From assembly GCA_977030845.1 (NCBI GenBank), contig OZ365113.1, positions 13,020,001 to 13,084,000 on the forward strand: a stretch of DNA of 64,000 nt, written 5' to 3'. The stretch's first letter is position 1, and each line of letters opens with the position of its first letter. Made by a program: the position numbers and the translations under genes. A model generated the notes under the pieces. That model saw only the letters and a list, made by a program, of their open reading frames with translations, was not told where the DNA came from and made no database searches. This DNA is from Fimbriosthenelais zetlandica. Taxonomy: Eukaryota. Positions 52,201 through 64,000 of the stretch are shown in pieces.

Positions 52201-55200
52201 GAGTAGTGTATGAAATTTAGAAGTTTCTCTGGCGAACAATCATGTTAGTAGTATATATAAATTGTTAATTTCATCAGGGTTCCCTTTTTTGTATTGTATG
52301 TCATAAAGGTGAAATTGCTTCAAAAGAATTCTTCTCGTACATTAGATGTTAACACTTCTTACTTTGCAGTACACTAGGGCAGCTATGTGGGATACACAAC
52401 ACAAGATGGTAACCATATTACATTTGTATCTGTGTGCCTTACAAATGTGTATTGACATTGACATTTTCCAACGCTCCTACTAAACCTTCCACTGGCACCG
52501 TTCCTCTCAGCTCCTGTCTCATGGTTTAAATTTTTCAGAGAGTTTTATCGTTGGTTATTTCCTTTCCCCCTCGGCGGGATTGTTCAGTAGATGAGTTGGA
52601 GAAACCTTCATTGTTGAGTGATTTTACCTCCCAGATTTTGCGGGATCTTTGCTTGCAACCTAACAATGGTGTTGTGTCCTCAATCCTGTGGCTAAATATT
52701 GGTAAAGGAGAGTATAGAACCAGGCCACTATTCCTTGTGTTAATTACGAATTTTTACCTGGTGTTCCTCCTTCTATTTTCCAAGAAGCATTCAGATGTGT
52801 ACTGTCTTCGAACTGAAATAAATTAATTTAGAGTTATTTATCAGTATCGTCATTAGTGTTCTGATATAAATAAATCTGATTACAGTCAGTTGTAAAATGC
52901 AATGATTGCAAAGTTCAAACTACATTTCTAAGAAAAACGCCTATGATAGATCATGGGTTTAGATGACATACAAATACTGTAGTTTTTCCATTGAAAACAC
53001 CACAGCATTGCACCCAGTACTAATGCTTGCTAAGCCAGAATATTTTTCTCCGTATACATACCCATACATGCGTCTCCAACAACTATGTATACAGAGAAAA
53101 AAGTGCATGCTGATGTTCAACTCTCAGTCTGTGTTCTTTTCCCCCTCATAATCTCTCCGCTCTTGCTCGACTAACTATTTCAATGCAAGCGGGAGTAAAT
53201 TTGTGTCATTGTTCGAGAGCTTTATTCATGGCATGAATGACATAGAGTAAGTTTTGCCCTCAGGATGAGTGTATCATTGATATATAGTGGTATTAGTAGA
53301 TTATTGTTCATGACTTCCAGAAGGAATGAAAAACACTAAGAAGATCCAGTTGCCCCGATATACACCGTTACCACCAGTTCTACTTGGATCTTCTTTGTAT
53401 TCATTTTCCTTTAATCTCAGCCTATTTCTTTTATCAAATGATGATAATTCCACAATTCCATTACATCCTTTTTGAAGCCCCAATCTTGATCAAACACCTA
53501 AGAAGGGCTAAAAGGTACACTGGGTTTTGCATTGCCTCTGTGATAAAGTAATGTGATGATATGTTAGGGGGTACATGCTAATATACAAATCTATCCCTCA
53601 TTTCAGGATCTCATGAAGAAGCAGGATGAAGCGAGACAGGTACAACTAGAGGTTGACAAGATGCGGCGAGAGGCTGGAACAGAGGCTTTACAAGCCATAG
53701 TGGAAAGCAAGGTGTGTACTCATATCAAAATATTCACATCAAGTTATAATCGCATAACATTTGTCACCTTCCCTTCCACCACTTTGATTACCTTAATTTC
53801 TGAGGCAAATAAATGAGTATCATTTCGACAATGCTCATGAATCCAAAGATTAATTCTCAAATTGAGCTTGTTCGATGAACTGCAATGAGATAACAAATGA
53901 TCAACCGCTAGTCATAAGGGTAATTCGAAAAAGATGATAAACCCTTCAGGTTTTATCTTTTCACTGCCTCTTGTAGGCTACTTCTGACACTTCCCTTGAA
54001 AAATGCGCAATCTTCTGTCTTGATAAGAGCTGGGAGAATAGTTTGGAGTTGTTCGGTTATCTTGAGATGTTAAGCACTTGACCTCCTTCCTTCTCCATTA
54101 ATAACTTCATGTTTGTGGGTATTTAAGGAAAGAGATGAGAGGCAGGATAGTGGTTAACCACTAGAGAAAGTACATGTAACGATGCCGATATTCTTAGATG
54201 CCCATCTCGTTAGGTAATTATGTGAGGTGTAATGATCGTACTAATGACGCTGTTCATTCCATGATTTCTAATTATTCTCTTCACCACTAGGATCTACACA
54301 TCACCTCGCTAGAACGAGAAATCAAAGTGCTGGAGGATGAATTATTACGGCTGCGTGAGGAAGGAACGATCAATGGTCCTGATGCCAGGAATGGCAGACT
54401 GCAGATCGAGACATTAAAAAGTCAAGAAAAACTCCTCAAAGCTAAGGTACATTTTATTAAATTTATGTTAGAGTTAAGTATTGTAGGGTCCAACATGAAA
54501 ACCAGGCTATGCCTGATGTTGGTCCTTTTGCATTGCAATAAAAATGTCGAACAACAACATTTAGTGTTCACCAAAATCATATAATCTATACAGGGGGGAT
54601 GTTTTCCCTATTGAAAATCTTACCATTGGGGAGATTTCCTTTGCAGGAGAGCTAATGATGTAGGTCATATCCTGTGTACCTACCATGCTGGTTTATATTA
54701 TGACAGAAATAGAGGAAGTTGTATATTACTGGCTTTGATCAGTCCGGAAATCATTGGTCTCCATGCTTCTCATGAAAGACAGATCTGACAAAAGCACATC
54801 TATACTTAGCACACATGTATATCTACTATCGATATATGTGTGTTATTAAAAAAAAAGACGTTTTCTCCAGTTGTACACAATGGTAGTCAAATTGTGCAAT
54901 GAATTTATGATCAACATGGTATGGTCCATGGAATATCTGTTCTTTTCATTGGAATATTTCTTTTCATTACATATAGTAATGCCCTTTGAAATGGCATGCT
55001 TGACCCTCCGATTTGCAATTCAAATGCCAAGTGGGCAATTGGCTGTTCACTTCCCTCCCAAACCTTCTCTTTCCTACTCCAAGCGATGATAAATCTCCAT
55101 TAGATACCTTAAGGTCCCCTGGTAAATATATCAGAATTACTTCTGCATTTGTTCTACCATAGTTTCAGTGGTTTGGACAGGAAAGCTTTGGCCTCGTCCC

Positions 55201-58200
55201 CCGTCCATATTGCCATGGCTGGACCCATTGCCTGGATGTCCCTCCATTGATTACCTTCCACACTTGGGCTGGAGAGTAGAGGTCATTTGACGTATATCCA
55301 TTTCGTGTACTGCACCAATCGATGGTATTTGTCTGAAAGGATTCAGCTGCTCTGGCTCTCGTGCCAAATGCTATAGGTGCTTGATGTCAGGGTGTCGGGG
55401 TATGGATGGGACAGCCACTGTTTGAAGTAATGTTGACCCTCTGAGGTCTATATATATACCAGTGTCCGCAGTGAAAAGGGAACGCTCGTTTGTAAACTCA
55501 TTAGTCATTGTGATGCTGATACCATACTTTGTGTTGCTAATGTCTAATTGTTATGGTGTCCGATTATAATGATTCTGATGGCTATGGTGAAAGAAGGTTG
55601 TTGTCATATGTACCCGAGCCTCTGGGCTAGCGCTCAGTATTTGCCACATAGCAAAAGGCCAAAGGAAACTGTCTGTGGCGAAGACACATATTTCATTCTT
55701 TCGTCACTGTGGCGAAACAACTTAAAAAATATTTTTTTAAAAATAAAATTGTATTACCTTTGCTATATATACATTCATTGTGTGCAATTTAGTATCTTTC
55801 AGTATAGCCTACTTTTTCCATTTCTAAATTAGAAATTTTGCCATGAATTGCTGAATATTGACCTCCGAAAATGAAAATTTTCTGTGGCTAAAAGAAACTC
55901 AATGTGTAAAGATATTTTGGGTCCACAGTGGCTAAAGAAAAAAACGTTAGCGCTAGCCCAGGGAGCAGTCCCTAAACAGATGATTTGATGATGGGTTTAT
56001 GTGTTTTACAGATAGAGAATCTGAAGGCCGAGTTAGGACGTAAGGACACAGAGCTGGCAGGACTGCGTGCACAGGTTGAGTCGTTACAGCGCCAGGGGTC
56101 GGACCACCAACAACACATAGCTGTCCTCCGTGAACAGATATCCGCCAAAGATCAACAAGTTAATATGCTGCAAACAGATGTGAGTCACATAACAATCCTC
56201 TGATGATCTACTATAATCAGTGAGCGAACTGAATAGCAAGGCTAGCTGGGCCAAATATAGTACATGAAGCTTAGTTTGAGGCTACCGCAATATAAGAAGT
56301 TGGGTGTTTAAAGAATGGAACTTGATGAGAATAATGTCATGATATGTGTTAAATACAAGGCTGGTATAGTGTGTGAGTGGGAGGCGTGGGGAGGTATGGT
56401 GTTGACGGCTCTAGCATCTTGCTGAAGGCTATAGAGGCCTGTTACAGTAGGTATATTTGTGAAGCCTCAGGCTTGGATCAATGAGTATCCCACGGCTTAC
56501 ATGGCCCCGCTTTCCCATGACTAATGGCTCTAAGATAGGGCCAGTAGTGGACAGTTGGGGCGACAAGCTAGCTTGTCTCACACTAAACCCTCCTGACAAG
56601 ACAAAAGTATCAATTATTATACTTGGAACAATACAAGCAGCTGGGAAAGATATTAAGAGACGAGTTCTTGGGATCATAACGATATCACGATCATATGTTT
56701 CAATTTTATAGATAGGGGAAAAAGTGTTCTTGTTTTGATGATTGCATTGAAGTTATTCAAGAATAGTTTTAGAATAACCTGTGTCTATTTGCAGCTGGAA
56801 ACATTAAGAGAAAGATTGGACGAGAAAGAATCTACAATAGACAAAAAGGCGCGCCAAGTATTACAGGTTCAAACTGAGAAGAAGAGGACAGAGACTGAAG
56901 TGGGTGAACTCCGTGACCACATGGACATTAAGGAACGTAAAATTAATGTCCTACAGAGGAAGGTAAGACATGGCTGACCATTAGCCATACATCCATTATC
57001 CTACCATCAACACTATTATTTCTATTTCTTCTTCATTCTCGCACCGATTGCCCCAGGTCTTGTAAATGCAATGCCTTGTTAAATTTAGGAGAAATTCCAG
57101 TGGATGTGAACATCATCTCAAGTGAAGAGGGCTGGGAAGTCCGTCCAGTAGTCAATTGAGTCCATCTTTTTCCCGATAGATGGGCTGGGTACCTTGGGGG
57201 ACATGCCTTTTCACTTCGATATTCGATATCAAGTTGTGTTCTCTATTGGATTTGATGGCTTGGATATGGCTGCAATGAACCTTGGGTAATTGACTGGTCA
57301 TTTTTGTGGGTACCTAACCAGGCAGAGAAGCCCTTATACTAGAGGGAGTCCTCAGTGAATACAGCTCTCTATGGGAGCCTTTCGAGATCCTTCAGAGCAA
57401 AGGATAAGGAAAGAATAGAGAGGGATTCCTTGTAGTCTACCGGTTCCTATATATTAACTTTTCTTTCCCCTTTAATGAAACTTGTCTTCTTTCTGCTTTA
57501 TCCCTTTCCAAATCCTAGTATTCTGCTTAGTCCTTCCTTTCACTTTTGTGACGTTGATGGCTCAAAAGGTCTGTCACTTGTCCTTTATCCAATCAGCATT
57601 ATCTGAGTTGTGTGAAACCCGGCAATATAATTTGACCCTATCTTTTGGGCGCAAATTCAAGCTTTCTTCTTTCCGCATTTGGAAATCCCAAAGGTTGAAG
57701 ATCAGTGCGCTATAAGGAAAAAAGGCTGGATGACAGCTGTGCCAGCTGCCATCTGCTTGCTTCCTCTGTGTTTGGCGTCAGTCCTGGCTCAGGCTGCCTG
57801 GCAGTGTCCAGGTCAAGTCTATTGATTGACCTTTGGCTTTTATCTGTGTGGATTATTGAGTTTCGTCAAACTTCCCCCAATGTTTCAGTGAATCAAAGAA
57901 ACACTGGTGGATAGATTGAATAGATCCGACCCTCAAAAGCCAGCACTCCCTTACTGGAAGTGTCAGCTTGTTCAAATTGAGTAAAAGACATTCCTGACAT
58001 ATGTTGCCCCCTGACTGACTAAATACTTTAATAGTTGATGGAATTGATAAGATGGATGTATGGATGTATAAGATGCATGGAACATATCAGAACCAGGCAT
58101 TGTTAAAACTTCATTGCACTCTGAATACCTTCAAGATCCTAGCCAAAATACCTTAGTGGAGGAATCTATAATGCATACTTTCAGTAATCAAGCCAATTAT

Positions 58201-61200
58201 CTTGTTCATTGGAGGAAAAGTGCTATTTGTGGCAGGAATATTGATCATATTTGGACCTGGAAGTAGGGGAATGAAATCCCGGACGGTAGCTGGTTAGAGG
58301 TAGTGTAACCAGCCATCCTTCTTCCTAATTCCTTCAGGCCTTTAAATGGATCAGTACCAGCTTGAGGGGATTCCGACCAGACCTTATAACACACCCGGCC
58401 CACTGAATATAAACTCTTGATGGCAATAATATTTTGATGAGAGCGGCAGCTCCTTGAGAATCATATTGCAGGCTTTGATGTTTTGATAGGCTGGTGGATA
58501 AAATAAGCGTGGACCTGAGTTGGAATGCTTGGCTTGAATCTTGGTGAACCCTGGGGATCTGCCTTCACTTTCTTCGCTCCCCGAGCTTCCTGTTTATTCA
58601 TGTAGGAGGTGGGTGCTGATTTAGAGCGGAGCGGGAATGGGACTTGATAGAAGCTATCCCACGGAGAATAGCTGCTTTGACGACCTGAGATTATGGGATG
58701 TGCTGGGCACTGTATCTGTTTAAAGTATATCCACATTCAGGGTTTATAAATACTCCGGGCTTTGCTAGGTACTGCAACCTTACGTCTATTTTCTCTATTT
58801 TCTAACATCTTTTTACTTACCATCTCAGATGTCAGTTAGTTTGTTAGTTGGACAGTAAAAGGATTTAGGTCCAAATGATCAAATGAACAGAAGATAAACT
58901 GAGAGAAAAACATATCTATGAGTCATATGTCTGATCTGAATAATTATGATAGAAACCATTAGTTTGTTACTTGTCAGAAAAAGGATTTAGGATCAACTGA
59001 TCCCAAGTGAAGATATATAAAAAAGCATATATGTCATATATATCTTATCTGAATAATCATGATAAAACCCATACTATATCTGATGTACAGAACTTTTGCT
59101 GTACGATGGTTGCTCTCTTTGGTTGGGAATGTCAGAGGTACGCCTGAAGTGTGAGGAAAGCTGAGATGACACGTTGACTATGTATGATTGGCAGCTCTAC
59201 ACCACTCAGTCTAGCGCCTGTTTTAACCAGAGCAACTATTAGGCTTCAATCATGGTGATATGGCTATGAGAGTGGCATCCGCGCTCTCCATCTGCACTAC
59301 CAATCTACACTGATGAGAGAATAAATCCATACCTATATAAAAATGCCAAAAAGCGATGCTTTCACTGATCGTTTCCTTTACCCTTTCCTGATTTTTGTTT
59401 TGAAGGTTGAAAATCTAGAGGAACTAGTGAAAGATAAAGAAAGCCAACTGGTATCACAAAAACAACGACTCAACTCGCTCCACGCCGACCAGGACTCGTC
59501 CGACACTACCTTGGCCTCGCTTGAACGATCCATCACCGACAAAGAGAAACAGATCGAAAGGTAACTATAAATCTTCTGTTTTCCTTTATCTACATCTTCA
59601 TGACTTACAATGAAGAGGAGTTATGCTCCAATATTTTATTTGGTGTCTTTTGAGGGATGTCTATCTTTATATGTAATAGTATTTGCCAGAAAAAATATAT
59701 ATCAGAAGAGCTAGATCTAGTTCGTCTATTGCTAATCCAATGCTCATGCTGCCTCCAAATTCCCTTCTACTTGCCTTTCTATCTCCTCTATCTCCTCCAC
59801 CAGTCCCTGGTGAATAGGAATATAGGTGATGTTCAGTAAGCCATGGCTTAGTGTTATCGGCTCATGGCCTCGGTCTACAGGCCAATGCCAAAGTCTGCTC
59901 AGTTGCTGACAATAGCGTTCAGTGGTGGACATGTCACGTATCGGCTGTCTTGTAACACCATCAATAGGCTGCCTCCAGGCCTTGAAGGCATCACTAATGT
60001 GGCTTATCTCAAACACAACCCACCGCTAATCCCTCACTCAAACAATTTCAACCTTTATCTCTCTACATGATTAGTATGCAGCTGAGCATAATTGTTTGAT
60101 GTGTTTTATTGTGCTCTTTTACTGATATTATTTTAGCTTTTGAATCACGTTCTACTAAAGCAGATGAAATGTAACACAATCTAAGAAATTTCTAATTCAG
60201 AGGACCTGCTGATGGACATGAGAGACAATTACGTGCCATCTGATCAAGTTTTAGTATTTTGAACTGCGAAAATGCCAGTTTTCTTGTTAGCAAATTTACT
60301 TGATTGTGGTTTTGTTCTTCCAATCAAATTCCTCCTTTGAATGAGCATTAATTGAGAGAATACTGGTGAAGTACAGGTTTTTGTAGTCATTACCAGTTTT
60401 CATTGAGATTTCATCCGCGCCCTCATACTCTGGTGGTACAGAGTCAACACACTAAGTAGGAGATTATGGATCTTGCAGGCCCGTCTTGCCATTAGTGCAA
60501 CGGTCACTTGAAGTCCCCAGCTGAGACTTGTTCGGACACGGGCCAGGGCCTGGGAGATTTGCTGAGCTGACAGGTAGCAGCAGGCAATACAGGGGCTGAG
60601 GGCATCCCCACAGGGCTGTGTATTGCGCCCACAATGTGTGGCCTGGTCATCACAGCACATAATACATCCATGTAATCAGCTCATATGGAAGCCACTATAC
60701 AGCCATCATCACTGACCTCATGGCGTGACAAAATACTGCCAAATTACTGCACTTTCTACCGCAACTGGTGGAAGTGGTCTTTTGTATGCTCATGGATTAC
60801 TCTGTTAAAGCCTGACTTACATCTACAATGTCCATATATATATATGTCTGCATTCTGGTTGAGCATCCTTGATGGCGAAGAAATAAATAATGAGACGCCC
60901 GGAAGTTACAAGGGAACTGTGTGTCTGGATGATACAAATGAACTGGAGGTTTTTAAAAGGCTATGCTACTCCTATTTCATTGAAAAAACAGTGCTGGAAG
61001 TGGATTGTAGGTAGTCTGGTGCAGGGTTACCAGCACCCATTGGACTGACTGTGCAGTAGGGTCCATTGTCGTTCTCAGGGGTTTTGAAGCTTTAAATCAT
61101 TCCTTCATGGAAAGGCCTCATTAGTTGTGAGTGTTATTAGAGCCAGGCAAGTAAATGAAGCATCCTGCTGGTATTATGGCTGAAGCCACCATGTGTGCAA

Positions 61201-62660
61201 TCCCCCAACCTCATTTGAAACTCGAGTAATCCACTGAGATTTGGAAATGAGGAAAATAATTGGAGACTGAGATAAAACCAAATATTCTTATATTTCATTT
61301 TCCAGAATGGAATTCTCTTCTGGGATGCCTTAGATGGGTCTTCAATGTTTTTATCTTGGAATAAAAAAAGCTACTTTAGGTTGGGATTGAGCACTTAACC
61401 GCTGGTCGGGATGCATCAGAAAGGAATCAGACACATGGCAGCAAAATCAATAATACCATACAACCCTATACATGTACATATACTACATTAACACTCCAAG
61501 AACCATAGGAATGGATTTTACCTTTACATGGGATAATTGCCATTGGTGGCTGGGCCTGGTATATTTTTCAGAGAGGCGCTGAGCCCTCAGTGTGCTGCCA
61601 CCTTTGTTTTGTTTCAGTCGATCACTCACTGATAAAAGGTTTCATCAAGAAGCTTTTACTTTCCACCCAGTGTTATATCCCGCCAGATCTTTCTTTATAC
61701 AAGCATCTAAATGTAAATTTACAAAGAGTATGTTCCTTTTTTCCTCTTAGGTTAAAGGAACAGCGGGATAGGAATGATAGAGAACACGCTGAAGAGACTG
61801 ACATGCTGCAACGAGCAAATAAAGAACTCAAGTCTAAAATAGATGTTGTTCTGTCAGAACTGGATGAGAAACAAGTAAGTTTGGTATCATATCTTTATTA
61901 TAAAAGTCCATTTACTCAGCCAAAATCCAGCTATTCTTTTCAGTCAGACTAATTTGTTGTACCTTTTTCTTTTAGAATAAGGTATTAGAGTTACGTGAAG
62001 AATCCTCAGAAATGCGAACAGACAAAATTCGGAAGGACAATAGGGTGGGACAGCTGGAACTCGCTCTGTCTCAGAAATCAGCAGACATCCAGCATCTATC
62101 TGACCAGATCAAAAAGGTACGGACATCCGCCATGTTTAGTTATGCTTTATGATATTTTAGTGCCCAGTATTGGTGGGAGACTTAGTATCAATCTCTGTAT
62201 TCTAGTTGGAGGATGAGAAATCTGAGGTACAGAGCCGCAGTTCCCAGGAAGCTGAGTTGAGAGGAGCTGAGTTGGAAAAAGAACTGAAAACACAGAAGGA
62301 GCTGGCTTCTAAAACCCAGACAGAAGTGGATCGACTACTAGAGATCCTCAAACAAATGGAGGATGAAAAACATGACAAAGACAAGCAAATCAAGGACCTG
62401 CAGGAGTGAGTGCTTCACATATGTTCATCTGGGAATCAGAATTTAATGACAATTTCGAGAAATGCTTTCCTTTAAGATATTCTGAAATTAATGACTTTCC
62501 AACTGAATGACTTATATACTTTATGTGTTACATTAGACAAATAAAAGAAAACAAGTCAAAAGCAGGCACGTTAAGGCGCAGTCAGCAGAAGAGTGCACAG
62601 ATGTTAGAGGAAGCACGTAAACGTCAGGAGGAAGTCAGTGAGGACGTAACGCAACTAAAG
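9282..62660 (+). CDS. ERC1: ELKS/Rab6-interacting/CAST (ERC; Bruchpilot-related) active-zone scaffold protein; 5' partial, continues past the window
   Basis: 12 coding exons: 9282-10232, 44073-44315, 44761-44907, 53607-53711, 54291-54446, 56012-56179, 56795-56962, 59406-59560, 61751-61874, 61976-62116, 62206-62405, 62537-62660. All introns are GT-AG with compatible phases, giving 894 codons. Diagnostic motifs: KLGSSMNSIKTFWSPELKKERAIRKEE, EMELRIETQKQTLSARDESIKKLLEMLQ, DHMDIKERKINVLQRK, EVDRLLEILKQMEDEKHDKDK, KSAQMLEEARKR. Probably the single pro-orthologue of vertebrate ERC1/ERC2, so the symbol is family-level. Confidence 0.95.
12589..12626. repeat. (CAA)n microsatellite
   Basis: 8 perfect CAA units at 12603-12626, preceded by 3-4 more units. 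Confidence 0.9.
19900..20450 (-). mobile_element. Highly degraded non-LTR retrotransposon fragment, RTE-like, post-RT region
   Basis: The minus strand gives LQNVSTFKYLSSTKLQ (20437-20390; compare V..FKYLGS and STKL.VY), QHLKYLCFHLKIHGL and MIKMPITHN across frameshifts. Motif recognition by eye only. Confidence 0.35.
22766..22781. repeat. Short (CA)n microsatellite
   Basis: Run of CA dinucleotides seen directly. Confidence 0.75.
25247..25288 (+). other. Candidate 42-nt cryptic, recursive-splicing or poison exon in ERC intron 1
   Basis: Branch-like TTAAT, a roughly 25-nt pyrimidine tract, ACAG|GTAAAC, and a second donor GTG|GTGAGT at 25289. There is an in-frame TAA when joined to ERC exon 1. 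Confidence 0.5.
25766..25802 (+). repeat. Poly-G tract (G24 TT G6 T G4)
   Basis: Seen directly. Confidence 0.9.
33440..34160 (-). mobile_element. Degraded LINE reverse-transcriptase core fragment (RTE-like)
   Basis: Minus strand: LPSNFLSFDTIGKLLY...RVKQG* near 34030 (compare GVKQGC) and MLPADQ at 33520-33503 (compare LFADD). The spacing is too long for an intact element. Confidence 0.25.
35865..36114 (+). mobile_element. tRNA-derived SINE, copy 1
   Basis: Pol III A box TAGCTCAGTTGG and B box GGTTCAATCC. The 117-nt head differs from copy 2 at about 4 positions. The 3' block AAAGAGCCCCCAGCTGAAAATCATACG...ATCAAGAGTG is shared. The acceptor and anticodon stems do not pair, so it is not a functional tRNA. 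Confidence 0.85.
37300..37620 (-). mobile_element. Degraded LINE fragment, start of the RT domain (RTE-like)
   Basis: RKNKDGWSKELSNFRGTLFTIESKCVER (about 37597-37514; compare YKNKG.RSDC.NYRGISLLS..GK), then KLEASQ...GTMMMVLVMLLQLAAK (compare LPESQ.GFR..R.T.DMIF..RQL.EK). Confidence 0.4.
41760..41970 (-). mobile_element. Degraded LINE AP-endonuclease fragment (RTE-like)
   Basis: LLQFRQLPLS (41969-41940; compare LMTLRLPLS) and, after a frameshift, ADDNEEFYQDIQMSNFND (41878-41825; compare D...EEFY.DL...GDFNA). Confidence 0.4.
44073..44315 (+). CDS. ERC1: ERC coding exon 2
   Basis: ttttttcttcag|AAA TTC ... KLLEMLQ|gttagt; 243 nt. Confidence 0.95.
44372..44634 (+). mobile_element. tRNA-derived SINE, copy 2 (in ERC intron 2)
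   Basis: Same A and B boxes, AGGCATTTCCAATGCCT hairpin and 3' block as the copy at 35865. Confidence 0.85.
44761..44907 (+). CDS. ERC1: ERC coding exon 3
   Basis: gtgtttcag|SKGLTTQHVEEDR...QQFRE|gtaagt; 147 nt. Confidence 0.95.
47130..47330 (+). mobile_element. Degraded CR1/L2-like RT fragment
   Basis: WFESC*TN at 47150 (compare WFESYL.NR) and GVSQGCWQGP at 47292 (compare GVPQGSVLGP); the spacing is longer than expected. Confidence 0.3.
53607..53711 (+). CDS. ERC1: ERC coding exon 4
   Basis: catttcag|DLMKKQDEARQ...ALQAIVESK|gtgtgt; 105 nt. Confidence 0.9.
54291..54446 (+). CDS. ERC1: ERC coding exon 5
   Basis: caccactag|DLHITSLEREIKVLEDE...LLKAK|gtacat; 156 nt. Confidence 0.93.
55622..55961. 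mobile_element. MITE-like element with 13-bp perfect TIR CTGGGCTAGCGCT
   Basis: TIRs at 55622-55634 and 55949-55961, with repeated internal TGTGGC/GTGGCTAA/GCCACA motifs. No target-site duplication is recognisable. Confidence 0.55.
56012..56179 (+). CDS. ERC1: ERC coding exon 6
   Basis: gttttacag|IENLKAELGRKDTEL...MLQTD|gtgagt; 168 nt. Confidence 0.95.
56795..56962 (+). CDS. ERC1: ERC coding exon 7
   Basis: tatttgcag|LETLRERLDEKE...INVLQRK|gtaaga; 168 nt. Confidence 0.95.
57480..57830 (-). mobile_element. Degraded RTE-like LINE fragment (pre-RT linker)
   Basis: TPNTEEASRWQLAQLSSS (about 57780-57723; compare PT.EE...AI.QLSSGKAPG), then LIFNLW...EE...KD..KLY. Confidence 0.25.
58836..59071 (+). 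repeat. Diverged tandem duplication, about 120-bp unit x2
   Basis: Units at 58836-58958 and 58959-59071 share TTAGTTTGTTA, AAAAGGATTTAGG, GTCATAT, ATCTGAATAAT.ATGATA.AA.CCA. Confidence 0.8.
59406..59560 (+). CDS. ERC1: ERC coding exon 8
   Basis: ttttgaag|VENLEELVKDKE...DKEKQIE(R)|gtaact; 155 nt, ends in phase 2. Confidence 0.95.
60560..60670 (+). mobile_element. Degraded RTE-like RT motif fragment
   Basis: CAG GGC TGT GTA TTG (-)CG CCC ACA at 60611-60633 reads QGCVLAPT with a 1-nt deletion, matching the RTE-clade motif KQGCVLAPTLF. Confidence 0.45.
61751..61874 (+). CDS. ERC1: ERC coding exon 9
   Basis: cctcttag|G LKEQRDRNDRE...ELDEKQ|gtaagt; 124 nt. Confidence 0.95.
61976..62116 (+). CDS. 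ERC1: ERC coding exon 10
   Basis: tttcttttag|NKVLELREES...DQIKK|gtacgg; 141 nt, missed by the ORF track. Confidence 0.9.
62206..62405 (+). CDS. ERC1: ERC coding exon 11
   Basis: tattctag|LEDEKSEVQ...EVDRLLEILKQMEDEKHDKDKQIKDLQ(E)|gtgagt; 200 nt. Confidence 0.95.
62537..62660 (+). CDS. ERC1: ERC coding exon 12 (last one found in the window)
   Basis: tacattag|A QIKENKSK...KSAQMLEEARKRQEEVSEDVTQLK|gtaggt; 124 nt. Confidence 0.93.
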
Positions 62661-64000
62661 GTAGGTGACATTAGGTTGATCTCAAACCACCAGCCTCCAC
62701 CCAAACATCACTCTCAGAACATCTTTAACCCACACGTATATGGGTGCTACTCCCGACTCAATGCAACCCAACCTTGTATTGCAACAAGATTTTAAAGAAC
62801 ATAAAGATAAATGGTGATTTGATTTTTCAAAAGAGAGATGTTTGATTGCAAATGTCAAGGTTGAAGTTTCTTTAAAAGAAGCTGTGTGAGTGATCTCTGG
62901 AAGGAGGAGCATCGTTGCTTCGCCTTAATCTTGCACAAAACAAAATGAAAAACACTTGAGTGACACTGAAATCTCATTCTTCAAGAAAAGGATTTCTTTT
63001 GAGCTCCTTAATTTTACGAAAGATGTGGTAGATTATAATATTATGTAATGGAAATTTCATGGACGAATGTTTCTGAGTACATGTGTATTACAATATGAAA
63101 TCGTTGGAGATTTCTGTGTGTTGCCAAAGTCTTTGGAGTGTAATGAAATCCTTTGAGCAGGAGGTCCTATATTTGGTGCCTGTCATAATGAGATCTCAGT
63201 GATATTGATCTGTCCTAAAGCGAGTGCTTGAGCTACAGTATGTTTAATGTTCGTACTCGTAATTAATATTGTCATAGATAATGTTGTTGTGTTTGCGACT
63301 CTAAGCTTTAATACATAAATTAAATAGTACAGATAATTATAATAGATTCATTGGGAAAATCCTGGTATTTGAAAATATGTTACATCCTAATAACATACTA
63401 ATTTGTTTAACTCTTTATCATTTCATAACTTAATGATCAAATCGGGAATATAGGTTGGCAAATTTCCTTCAGAATATTAAATCTTGGTATTTTTACATTT
63501 AATTAACGTTGGTATTGATCAGTTACATGCAACAGACTTTGAGACGCATGTGCATGGATTTAGAAATATTGGCTTTTATTCCTGAATTAAACTTTTCAAA
63601 GTTGCATTGTGGATTGACCTTACTATTTCTAACATGCAGATCAGTTTTATATACCGATTAGTGTTCAAGTTGAATAATAATATGGCTGGGCCCTATACCA
63701 CTATCGAAACTTAATGAAACAAGGGAAATCATAGCAATATTAATATGAAACATCCCATGTCCCAGTTATTGACCTTACATGTTGTTTGAAGCAGGTCTCC
63801 CCAGTCCACTTGTGTACATGTATATATATATATACCCCTGAAGTGTTTTGTCTCATGCAAACTGTGCCCCTTATATTGGTGCTCCATTCGGCTCTTGGCT
63901 ATCTCTAATCATAGGACGCAGGTCATACCGACGCCGCCAATAACCTATGGGTAATCCTCTGTTAACTCCCTACTGTTTTCCTACTATCTGTACCCACACC

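Noticed and set aside
1-64000. CRISPR arrays, prokaryotic operons or defence systems, U12-type introns, box C/D snoRNAs
   Set aside because: There are no regularly spaced repeat-spacer units. All 26 mapped introns have ordinary GT-AG ends, and the ATGATGA words lack a properly placed D box and terminal stem.

Overview
This is intron-rich animal genomic DNA, probably invertebrate; the species cannot be determined from sequence. It is not prokaryotic, and I see no CRISPR array, rRNA or intact tRNA. Two genes lie head-to-head with 931 bp between their ATGs. (1) A complete 16-exon CTNNBL1 (beta-catenin-like 1, Prp19/CDC5L spliceosomal complex) on the minus strand, 8350->4502, 546 aa, with all introns GT-AG and 86-327 bp long. 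(2) The 5' part of an ERC/ELKS/CAST/Bruchpilot-family presynaptic active-zone scaffold gene on the plus strand: 12 coding exons, 9282->62660, 894 codons, continuing past the window, with a 33,840-bp first coding intron. The remaining sequence is intronic or intergenic and holds transposon debris: a 365-bp TIR element, a roughly 340-bp MITE-like element, two young copies of a tRNA-derived SINE, badly decayed RTE-like and CR1/L2-like LINE fragments, and simple repeats. Nearly all ORFs in the supplied track that are not exons of these two genes look spurious. The best unexplained signal is at 25246/25247, near the middle of the giant ERC intron: a strong acceptor abutting a donor (ttttacag|GTAAAC), then a 42-nt stop-containing exon and a second donor. 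This is the architecture of a recursive-splicing or poison exon. A possible internal promoter and first exon near 22.8-23.1 kb could give an N-terminally truncated ERC isoform. These are hypotheses; I cannot support a wholly new biological system from the sequence alone.
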